A stretch of DNA of 64,000 nucleotides. Source: an uncultured Methanomassiliicoccales archaeon (GTDB lineage Archaea; Thermoplasmatota; Thermoplasmata; Methanomassiliicoccales; UBA472). The notes beneath the pieces are model-generated. The model ran no database searches. It had not been told where the DNA came from and was given only the letters and a program-made list of their open reading frames with translations. Positions 55,237 through 64,000 of this stretch are shown piece after piece (positions within the stretch are counted from its first letter, which is position 1; each line of letters starts with the position of its first letter). The stretch lies in the NCBI GenBank assembly GCA_963695345.1, contig OY968769.1:64001-128000 (forward strand), written 5' to 3'. Both the position numbers and the translations under genes were made by a program.

Positions 55237-55388
55237 CCTTTGTATTTTTATGAAAAGCCTTAGTAAGTCTTCAGATTACACCCAGAATATGGGTGTCTGG
55301 TCGATTCATTCTCCCAGAATAATCGACGGACCTGCTCATATTAATAATGGATGACTTAGCAGATTGTTCTTACATGAGCGATGCAGAT

Positions 55389-55550
55389 ATGAATCCTAAC
55401 AATTTCGATGATGCATCTTCTTTGATAAGTACATCAAATTGAGAAGGAGTCTATTTGATTACAATAACCTGATCGAGCAGCCAGCAATGAGGGCACTATT
55501 GCCTGACCTGAGGGGAAAAGGATGTCGTCGACCTAGACTGCGGATATGGT
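55389..55550 (+). pseudogene. Class I SAM methyltransferase N-terminal fragment
   Basis: Frames give MNPNNFDD..DKYIKLR..YNNLIEQPAMRALLPDLRGK / VVDLDCGYG (decayed motif I). Confidence 0.6.
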
Positions 55551-55554
55551 TCGA

Positions 55555-55685
55555 ATTTCGTTCTTCTTATCGAGCAGAATATCTGGCTGGGTAGCCCATG
55601 TGATCGAACAGTTTGAGGATGCGGTTCTCTTCGTCCGTCCCAAGTTTATGTTGGAGAGTACGGAAAGGCATACATCCCCATCTAG
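55555..55685 (+). pseudogene. Citrate synthase C-terminal fragment
   Basis: FFLSSRISGWVAHVIEQFEDAVLFVRP matches the R..GW.AH..EQ....RP terminus. Confidence 0.6.
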
Positions 55686-55807
55686 CAATGATGAACTTAA
55701 GCACACGAATCGTTATCATGATCAAATCGTCCATTTTTATTCGGATGGAAAAGGATATTTTTCGTTTCCTAATCTGGTAGCCGCTGGTTCAGTAGATTAG
55801 GTTATTT

Positions 55808-57271
55808 TCAAAGCTCAGACCGGTTTTCATTTCCAAGGCTAGGATTGGACCTCAGAATGGCCCAAATTTTGTAAGGAGTGAACCGTTCGAATAGGCAGAT
55901 CACCGTCAGAACGGTAATGGCGAATATTCCTAAGAGCAACAGGAAGGAGAGCAGGCTTGGAACTGGGAACTGAACAAACCGGACCATTGAGACAGTTGCG
56001 ATTCCGGAGCAGGCCAGTAAGAACGGATAGATCAGAAGGGGATAGACCTCGTTCGCTTCGGTATGCATGATGCTTTTTATCGCATTTAGAGAAAGAAATA
56101 GCACTGGGATGGAACTAAACAAGACCGCTATCGATACACCCACCAGACCATAGTATGATATCAGGGGGAAGAACAGGACCAGAAGCAGGATCACCTGAAC
56201 GAATTGAAGCCTGGAATATATACGAGGCTTGCCGACTGCCATGAACAAAGCGGCCGCTGCCTCTCCCAAGCCTCGGATTAGGCCCCACCAGGCCAGTATT
56301 TGGATCAATGGTATTATGGGCGACCAGCTGTCACCCAGGAAAAACAGGGTGAAGTCGGGCGCCAGAGCTACCAGGAAACCGATCAGCAGGAAAGAGAAGA
56401 AGGAGGTCAGCTTGAGCGTCCTCAGGAAGAGGTGCTTCAACTGAACCAGGTCGTCCTGCAGCTTTGAATAAACGGGAAACGCCACCTGAGAGAACATCTG
56501 ACTTATCTCAGTGGAGGGGGTGTTTGAGAAACCGTAGGCCATTTGATAAAAGCCCAGGGCGGCGACTCCCAATATTCGACCTACCAGGATGTCATCCCCC
56601 TGGATCAATATGAACACCAGGGCCGATGACACCAGTATCCATCTCCCGTAATTCGAGAGGTCACGGACCTTCCTCAGGTCGAAATTGAGCTTGGGTCGGT
56701 AGGGGTGGATGACATAGCTCAATACCAGAAGGGTCAGGTCCTTGGCGATGAGACCGAACACCAAAGCCCAGACATTCTGGAAGATGAGGACGGCTGTCAT
56801 GCATACTATAAAATCAGCCAGTGTGCCGCTGAACCGGAAGAGGAACTGTTTCCGGAAATCCAGGTCCTTAAGGAAAAAGAATGTGCCTGGGTTGGTCAGC
56901 CCTTGGAATATCAGTGAGATCCCGATCACCTGGAGCACGGGAACTGCCTCGAGCGTGCCAAAGAACTCAGCTATGAGAGGCGCCAGCAGGAAGAGTGCGA
57001 CGAACAGTAGGGCCCCTCGAACGGCCAGAACGGTCCAGACAGCGTCGAGGTCCGTGGTGATGTCGGACTTCTTGTGTACCAAGGCCTGCTGCAACCCGGT
57101 CTGGGAAAAGACGTCCAGACCATACATGGTGAGAACCGCGATGCCTAGGAGACCGAAGTCAGAAGGAAGTAGGAGATGAGCGAGAACAATTAGACGGGCC
57201 AAGGTGAGTATCTGCTGTATGGCGTTAGTGCCAAAGGACCACAGGCTGCCTCGGAACATCTTCCGGCCCAT
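55808..57271 (-). CDS. Wzx/WzxC-like polysaccharide flippase
   Basis: LAHLLLPSDFGL, GLQQALV, LGFYQMAY, FPVYSKLQ; about 12 TM helices. Confidence 0.88.
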   Translation of the reverse strand: MGRKMFRGSLWSFGTNAIQQILTLARLIVLAHLLLPSDFGLLGIAVLTMYGLDVFSQTGLQQALVHKKSDITTDLDAVWTVLAVRGALLFVALFLLAPLIAEFFGTLEAVPVLQVIGISLIFQGLTNPGTFFFLKDLDFRKQFLFRFSGTLADFIVCMTAVLIFQNVWALVFGLIAKDLTLLVLSYVIHPYRPKLNFDLRKVRDLSNYGRWILVSSALVFILIQGDDILVGRILGVAALGFYQMAYGFSNTPSTEISQMFSQVAFPVYSKLQDDLVQLKHLFLRTLKLTSFFSFLLIGFLVALAPDFTLFFLGDSWSPIIPLIQILAWWGLIRGLGEAAAALFMAVGKPRIYSRLQFVQVILLLVLFFPLISYYGLVGVSIAVLFSSIPVLFLSLNAIKSIMHTEANEVYPLLIYPFLLACSGIATVSMVRFVQFPVPSLLSFLLLLGIFAITVLTVICLFERFTPYKIWAILRSNPSLGNENRSEL

Positions 57272-57640
57272 GGAGTGGTTCTCAGCTTGGTCTGTACCAG
57301 AGTGGTGAGTCGAACTCCTCCTATTCCCTGCCAGCCATCCTGTGATCCGCCCTATATGTTTCCCTCTTCCCTTTTACCCGGCTCACCTATATATATTCAG
57401 GCTTGTGATCGATAAGAATTCGGATATCCAGGAGTTCCATTTTCAATCGATCTGGTCAAATGGATGACCATTAACATTCAAACTGGATGTTGAAGATCGG
57501 GTTACGTGTTCTCGGATGTAGGTTGAATTCTTGATTACGATTCACTCAATAATTAATTCGAACCATTGAGAGTAAGGGGCGTCGAGCATGATCACACGAT
57601 GGTGATAAGTCCAACTGCCTTCGTAAGAGGGAAAATCCGA

Positions 57641-57808
57641 TCAAGCGGATTTCCTCTTCACCTTCCCGATTTCTTCCTGAACCTTACCTTCGACCTGTTG
57701 AAGCTTGCCTTTGACCTGTTCTGATTTATTACCAGTCAATTTGCCTACTTCCTCACGTACCTGTCCCTCGACCTGTTTGACTTTTCCTTTCACTTCATCA
57801 TTGCCCAT
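57641..57808 (-). CDS. CsbD-like stress protein (55 aa, not in the ORF track)
   Basis: MGNDEVKGKVKQVEGQVREEVGKLTGNKSEQVKGKLQQVEGKVQEEIGKVKRKSA*. Confidence 0.85.
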   Translation of the reverse strand: MGNDEVKGKVKQVEGQVREEVGKLTGNKSEQVKGKLQQVEGKVQEEIGKVKRKSA

Positions 57809-58433
57809 GATCGTTCAACTTAGCCATGGCATTATAAAGGAATGGTGTCGATTGCTCACGCATTACGACAAATCTCGCTTGAAACGATGTGGAGCCACGT
57901 CCTCGAGAAGTCCCATGACATCGATGAGGATGATTCAAGGCAGAAAATGCTTGATGATGAGATAGCTGCGTCGGAGGAGGGTTCATGCGCTGTTGGGATG
58001 AAATAAAGGAAGGTGGAAAGAAGCACAAAAGATAACGAATATTAGGAAAAGGCATCGGTGGAATTGGTTAAGGAACAATATACGAAGGATTAGAATATCC
58101 TTATCAGTTTAGCGAGTTTTCATAATCTGGCATAAGCTTATGTCGATAAGCAAGTAAGATCGCTGATATCACAATAGTAATGCCATCCAAGTTATTTTGT
58201 CAGATCTTATCTGGCACCACTTCTACCCGGCGGACTAGGTCGAGCAATAGTATTTATAGCCAAGCCGAGCTAGGAATGAATCAAGATTAGATCGGCCCTT
58301 TCATCCAGCAGCCCGATCTTCTTCCTTAGAATCGACTGAAACTTGGTTCCTTTGAACCTTAATTGTCCTTCTCAACGAGCAGAATTCCAATTCTGGAACG
58401 AATCACCAACCGCACATCCTCGAAAGAGCATAA

Positions 58434-58844
58434 ATGGACGAAAGCAACATGAACTGTGAAGATTCCATAATTCTCCTCATTTACAGAAACCGCTCACATT
58501 TGAATGACCGTCGCTTGCCCTTCGAGGTGTGTCGTAAAGGAATCGGGGCGACAGAAGGCTTTTCCGTGATCCAGGTCTCAGAAGGAGTTCACAAACTCGA
58601 ATGCTCTGGATTCGTATTCGGTGAGAAAAGGTACGTAGAAACACGCCGTGGTCCCTGCATGGCTTATTCACTGACCCCTCTCGGGACGCTACGAGCCAAG
58701 ATCCTTGGATCATCAAACTACGTTCCTCCAAAATCGATCCCGGTCAAGGCAGAAAGGGTTGAGGACATTGCCCTTTTGAACCGACGATCAATAGCATTAA
58801 TCACGAAGTCTTTGTCACGAAAGATCGGTGGAAAGCACAGATAA
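58434..58844 (+). CDS. Hypothetical winged-helix-like protein
   Basis: VSEGVHKLECSGFV..MAYSLTPLG wing-like pattern. Confidence 0.5.
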   Translation: MDESNMNCEDSIILLIYRNRSHLNDRRLPFEVCRKGIGATEGFSVIQVSEGVHKLECSGFVFGEKRYVETRRGPCMAYSLTPLGTLRAKILGSSNYVPPKSIPVKAERVEDIALLNRRSIALITKSLSRKIGGKHR

Positions 58845-59336
58845 GCTGAATCATTCACAATGGCTGTAATGCCAGTAGTTATGATCCGGTCATGACTGCA
58901 TGGACCGATACATGAAGCATCAATGTACCAATAGCCTTTGACATCCCTGCATCAGACCAATGAATAATCTATGAAATCATTCCTTGCCAAAGGTCGATTT
59001 CTTGATGCAGTCTATCTTCTTCAACCATTTCCAATCGACACCGATATCGAATAAACCCAAAATGGCGATAAGGATGTTGAACGCAACACCACTCGATTCC
59101 AATACACGATTATTTTGGTGGCCATTAACATGACGCCTGAAGGATTTTGGCTGGTGATAATTTCTCTTGACTGCTCTTTTCACCTTACAGTTTCAGAAAA
59201 TCATCATGCTGATGCGGATCCTGAAGAAATGGCATCATATAACGACAATACACTATCCGCGAAATGGGTTAATTGGCTATTTAAGTAACTATTTATAGAA
59301 GTGCTAATCTAGTGTTGGTCTAGTAGGAGTCAACTG

Positions 59337-60984
59337 ATGTCGAGTGGTCAACAGATTATCATTCTTAGGGAAGGTACCGAGAGGACTAAGAATAGGGACG
59401 CGCAGACGAACAACATCGCTGCTGCCCGCGCCGTCGCTGACGCGGTAAGATCGACCTTAGGGCCCAAGGGAATGGACAAGATGCTGGTCGATTCTATGGG
59501 AGACGTCGTCATCACCAACGATGGGGTCACTATACTGAAGGAGATTGACATACAGCATCCCGCGGCAAAGATGGTCGTCGAGGTCGCGAAGACCCTAGAT
59601 AGCGAGTGCGGAGATGGGACGACATCTTCAGTCATTATGGCAGGTGAACTTCTAAAGAATGCGGAATCACTCATCGAACAGCATATTCATCCTACAATAA
59701 TCGCGAACGGGTATAAGTTGGCGGCCGCTGAGGCATTGAAGGTATTGGATACTATTGCCGTCCCCGTCGCCGCCGAGGATGTTGAGATGCTCACCAAAGT
59801 CGCTATGACCGCCATGACCGGCAAGAGCGTGGGCGGACAGAGGGACTTCCTCTCCGACCTGAGCGTCCAGGCCATCAAGGCCATCGCCGAGAAGAACAGC
59901 GCTGGCAAGTGGACCGTCGACGTCGACAACATCAAGGTGGAGAAGAAGACCGGCGGATCGATCGCCGACACCGAGATCATCAAGGGCATCGTGCTCGACA
60001 AGGAGCGCGTGCACCCGAGGATGGCCAAGGTCGTCAAGAAGGCCAAGATCGCCCTGCTCTCCGCCGCTCTCGAGATCAAGAAGACCGAGGTCGAGGCCAA
60101 GATCCAGATAACCGATCCGTCCCAGATGCAGCGCTTCCTCGATCAGGAAGAGGCGACCCTGAAGAGGATGGCCGACAAGATCAAGGCCGCAGGCGCCAAC
60201 GTCGTCTTCTGCCAGAAGGGCATCGACGACCTGGTGCAGCACTACCTGGCAAAGCAGGATATCTTCGCTGTCAGGCGCCTCAAGGAATCCGACATGGAAA
60301 AGATCTCCAAGGCCACCGGGGCCAACGTCGTCGGCAACATCGACGAGCTGAGCGCCACGGACCTCGGGAGTGGCTGGCATGGTGGAAGAGAAGAAGATAG
60401 GGGAGTCTGAGATGACCCTCATAACAGATTGTAAGAACCCGAAGGCGGTTTCTGTCATCATCCGGGGCGGTACGGAACATGTCATCGACGAGGTCGAGCG
60501 GGCATTGCATGACTCGCTTCGCGTTGTCGGAATCGCGCTGGAGGACGGTAAGGTCGTCCCGGGCGGAGGAGCCCCTGAGATCGAGCTGTCCCTCAGGCTC
60601 GCATCCTATGCCTCCACCGTCGGAGGAAGGGAGCAGCTGGCCATCGAGGCCTTCGCCAACGCCATGGAGATCATCCCAAAGGCGCTAGCTGGGAATGGCG
60701 GACTCGACATCATCGACGTCGTCATCCAGCTGAAGAGCGCGCACGAGAAGAAGAACGGCAAGAACATGGGCATCAACCTGGACACCGGCAAGCCGGACGA
60801 CATGCTGAAGCTCAACGTCATCGAGCCGCTCCGCGTCAAGACCCAGGCGGTCAAGTCGGCCACAGAGGTCGCCAACATGATCCTGAGGATCGACGACGTC
60901 ATCGCCTCCAGGAAGGCACCCCCGATGCCGCCAGGCGCACAGGGTGGAATGCCGCCGGGAATGGGCATGCCAGACATGATGTAA
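59337..60984 (+). CDS. Thermosome (group II chaperonin) subunit; apparent frameshift near 60370
   Basis: [34 protein letters not shown], Gly/Met/Pro tail. Confidence 0.95.
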
Positions 60985-61130
60985 GCACGCCATCCAAGCG
61001 CAAACCCCTTACTAGCCCCTTTTTCCACTAGTTAGTAAGAAATGTCCTCAAATGGACGTTCGAAATGCTGGGCCGGGTTCGTCCAGTAACGAAATCGAGC
61101 ATGCAAGCTTAATTCTTCCCCGCTCTCATT

Positions 61131-61700
61131 CTAACCCCGTTTGCTCTTCCTGTAGCCTTTGCCCACAGACCATGCCGTACCGGAACGGGCACCGAGTTTA
61201 TAGTAACCTTTGTCGGGCATCGAGAACAGCATGGGATCCACCTTCGTTAGATCCAGCTGCCCGCCCACCAGGCAATCATCATCGACATAGGTGTTCACGA
61301 TCCTCCCGATGAAAATGTCGTAGTTGGGGAAGTCCACCGTCTTTAGGAGCTCACACTCCATATTGACCTTGCATTCCTTTATCAGGGGTGCTCCGGTCTT
61401 TCCATAGAATGCATCGAACAAAGCAGATTTGTCCTCGTCCTTGCCGCTCACGAGCCCCACGTGGTCGGTCACTTCCATCAACGCCGTCGATGGGATGTTT
61501 ACCGAGAATGCTCCGCTCTTTTTGATCCCTTGGTTGGTGTGGTGGGCCTTGTTCATCCCCAAAGATATCGAGGTCAGGTCCATTATGCCCACGTGGGCGA
61601 TGGCGATGTAGTTCGGCCTTCCCTCGATCATCGTTCCCACTATGGTGGTAGGCAACGGGTATAGGAGGTTCTTCACCCCGAGTTCGGTCTTCATGACCAT
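61131..61700 (-). CDS. Flavin reductase-like (flavoredoxin) protein
   Basis: LYPLP, FSVNIPS, GLVSG, APLIKEC.VNMEC. Confidence 0.87.
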   Translation of the reverse strand: MVMKTELGVKNLLYPLPTTIVGTMIEGRPNYIAIAHVGIMDLTSISLGMNKAHHTNQGIKKSGAFSVNIPSTALMEVTDHVGLVSGKDEDKSALFDAFYGKTGAPLIKECKVNMECELLKTVDFPNYDIFIGRIVNTYVDDDCLVGGQLDLTKVDPMLFSMPDKGYYKLGARSGTAWSVGKGYRKSKRG

Positions 61701-61920
61701 AATAATAAATGGCCGATAAATAAATATTGACCTTGACCTAAACCGGTTCACTGGTTTGAATGAATTCAAGCCAGCATACTACGTTTTGCGTTGCAATCTA
61801 GGCTTCACTTCACTTTTATTGCTGTTCGGAGAATGGCGCTTTTTGCGGTGGCCGAATAGCCACCGATTGCGTTGAAACTTCAATTGCATTTCGTTTCTTT
61901 CTTAGCATCTTTGGCAGACT

Positions 61921-62196
61921 TCAAACCTTTTTCCTTGCATTGATTATTACTATCTTGACATCTTCAGACCAGCTGTCATCTTTTGTTCCAGACAATGGTC
62001 TTCCGGTTGGCATCATGTTCTTGGGAACGTGTTCTGATCCCTTCAGTTCCTTGCTTACAATTTTTCTAAAACAGATATTCTGATTATCACCCTTACAATA
62101 CGCTCTGACAAATCCTGCCAAAGCCAATTTTCTAGAGTCATCGTTCGAGAATACCTTCATGAATTCACAGGTGGACAATTTTTCACAATCTGTCAT
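61921..62196 (-). CDS. Small four-Cys hypothetical protein
   Basis: C-x5-C..YC-x7-C.R..VP..MMP.G; RBS GGAG. Confidence 0.65.
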   Translation of the reverse strand: MTDCEKLSTCEFMKVFSNDDSRKLALAGFVRAYCKGDNQNICFRKIVSKELKGSEHVPKNMMPTGRPLSGTKDDSWSEDVKIVIINARKKV

Positions 62197-62653
62197 TTCC
62201 CAACATGTCTCCTTTTTTAAAAAAATGCCATATTTAAATATTTAATGGCCTTGATGCAAAATCCTATTTTGATTATTAGAGCGATATAGTCTATTTAGAG
62301 AGATTCTAAGAAGAACTACCGGGCAGATGTCAGGCATCGAGACCGCCCCTATCGTCCGATCCAGGCATTCAAAAAGAAAGATGTTCCAGGAAAAACCGAG
62401 AGACCCAGACATCTCAGTATTCTTAAGAATGCTCTTATGAGAAGTCTATTTAATTATCGATCTACCCCAACAACAAAAATGCTAGGCTGCGGTTTACCTC
62501 GTGTCACGGATTCTTACGACCCAAGAATCCACTAGCGTATTGGCAACAATGATACTGGGCATGGCAGCAAACTCAAGACAAAGTCGTTGAAGCGTTGCCA
62601 TTTGATGGTCACAGTAAAATTATAAACGCATTCAGCCTTCAATCATTGGGAAA

Positions 62654-63202
62654 ATGATAATCGCGGTCAATGCTTCCACGTACAAGGATGGGTCAGGCGA
62701 GACCATCATGAATGCGGTGGCCGAAGGCGCCAGAGAGAACGGGAAAGTGGTCAAGATATTCAATCTGAACGAGCTCGGCCCGCTTACGGAATGTCAGAAC
62801 TGCGGCTCCTGCAGAGAGACCGGGATTTGCAGGCTCAACGATACTATCGCGGAAATAATGGGTGATATCCGCGACTGCGAGGGATTGATCCAATCTACGC
62901 CGATCAGTTTCAATGTCGAGAACGGACTTTACCGGATATTCCAGAACCGATTCTTCAGTTTCATGGACAGGAACTTTTCCACCACGATCCCCAAGGGGAA
63001 GAAACTGGTGACCATTGTGACCTGCGGCCTGGATAAGGATGCGGCCGAAAACGTTTCGAAAAGACTGGAAAAGACCCTGGAGCAGCACTTCTTCTTTGAG
63101 CCGATCGGACGGATCGTGTGCTGCACTTTCTTCGACCATGATATGGCGAAGAATGACGATGCCTTGATGGAGAAAGCCAGGACGATGGGCCTCAAACTGT
63201 GA
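62654..63202 (+). CDS. Iron-sulfur flavoprotein (Isf-like, flavodoxin fold)
   Basis: CQNCGSCRETGIC = CxxCxxCx5C motif, STP, GKK. Confidence 0.82.
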   Translation: MIIAVNASTYKDGSGETIMNAVAEGARENGKVVKIFNLNELGPLTECQNCGSCRETGICRLNDTIAEIMGDIRDCEGLIQSTPISFNVENGLYRIFQNRFFSFMDRNFSTTIPKGKKLVTIVTCGLDKDAAENVSKRLEKTLEQHFFFEPIGRIVCCTFFDHDMAKNDDALMEKARTMGLKL

Positions 63203-63261
63203 TCTTCTGGATGAATAAATCCACTCGATTCCTCTTTGATTCTATTCAATACATGATTGTT

Positions 63262-63304
63262 AAAAAAACTGAAAGGGGGAAGGTGTGAACTTCCCCCGGT
63301 TTTC
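63262..63304. terminator. Hairpin between convergent genes
   Basis: GGGGGAAG-GTGTGAA-CTTCCCCC flanked by A and T runs. Confidence 0.55.
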
Positions 63305-63334
63305 AAATTACTACTCCTTGTCCGATCGGATTCA

Positions 63335-64000
63335 TCACATCCCAGTGTGCGTGCTGCCCGTCTGCAGCGTACCGGCGCTGGTCACGGTGAAGGATGTGCA
63401 CAGACCATACGCGTCGAACGTGCCGTCGACACTCCCGCCGACATACACCTTGTAGGTATCGCCACTACCCAGTTCAGGCGAGCTGAAGATGAACGATGCA
63501 CAGCTGGCCAAGGTCTTGAACGCCACTACCGGGTTCCCGGACTGATCGAGGACATAGACCAGCTTGTTAGCGCTTACGGTGATGGAGAAGCTGAAATCGA
63601 TGCAGGTCTGGTCGGACGCACTGCTGGCTCCGTCGTGCATAAGAGCCGTGGCCAAGACCAGCCCTCCGTTGATGATCGTTCCCAGGTCGGAATCCAAACC
63701 GCTGTTCTGGCCATTGGAGAAGCCATAGACCGTTCCGCCATTGATGATGATGTACCCGTTTGAATCGATACCGTCACCGTCGGCGCTTCCGGAGGCGTCA
63801 GCGTATACCGTTCCCCCGTTGATGGTAATGACGCTCACCCCGTCCTCGTTGGCGTTTATCGCGTCCTCCGCCGAGGATATGGATATGTTGCCGCTGTTGA
63901 TAGTGAGATGCATGCAAGATTCGATCCCTTCGAACTCAGACTCGATGTCCAGACTTCCGTTCCCTTCTATCAATAGGGAGATGTCCGAGCTTATTGCGCC
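63335..64000 (-). CDS. Cthe_2159-like carbohydrate-binding beta-helix protein (partial; start outside the window)
   Basis: EGIES, DAINA, DGIDSNG.I.INGGT, GLDSD repeats. Confidence 0.82.
   Translation of the reverse strand, partial: GAISSDISLLIEGNGSLDIESEFEGIESCMHLTINSGNISISSAEDAINANEDGVSVITINGGTVYADASGSADGDGIDSNGYIIINGGTVYGFSNGQNSGLDSDLGTIINGGLVLATALMHDGASSASDQTCIDFSFSITVSANKLVYVLDQSGNPVVAFKTLASCASFIFSSPELGSGDTYKVYVGGSVDGTFDAYGLCTSFTVTSAGTLQTGSTHTGM

Noticed and set aside
4375-60984. Frameshifts in nrdD, aIF6, leuS, the NAD-kinase-like gene, thermosome and others, read as programmed frameshifting or pseudogenisation
   Set aside because: They hit essential and accessory genes alike, share no slippery motif, and mostly look like single extra bases; long-read indel error is the simpler explanation. 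Read polishing would settle it.
61846-61865. Hairpin CGGTGGC-CGAATA-GCCACCG
   Set aside because: Compatible with an ordinary terminator-like hairpin; nothing further supports a novel RNA

Overview
Archaeal DNA, most consistent with a Methanomassiliicoccales/Thermoplasmata methanogen: methanogenesis marker 2, eS19-PDCD5-eL39-eL31-aIF6 cluster, archaeal-type LeuRS, thermosome, BspA-type LRR surface proteins. The first ~32.6 kb is mostly core genome: class III RNR, site-2 protease, oligopeptide ABC operon, translation genes, leuS, RHH-ftsZ. From tRNA-Leu(TAG) at 32567 onward the window is a patchwork accessory zone with tRNA-derived att repeats, integrase-like relics, duplicated or fused gene fragments, regulators, an ABC exporter and a metacaspase-CHAT protease pair next to a Zn-ribbon/2-TM gene. 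Many essential genes carry single-base frameshifts, which I read as long-read indel errors rather than biology. Best leads: the metacaspase+CHAT+2TM module; the RHH plus C-terminally truncated FtsZ locus with operator palindromes and a structured spacer; a wHTH gene divergent from nrdD with a repeated operator-like motif; an LRR-Fn3-M50-like fusion; and serial integration scars at tRNA-Leu. All family calls come from motif recognition by eye, with no database search.
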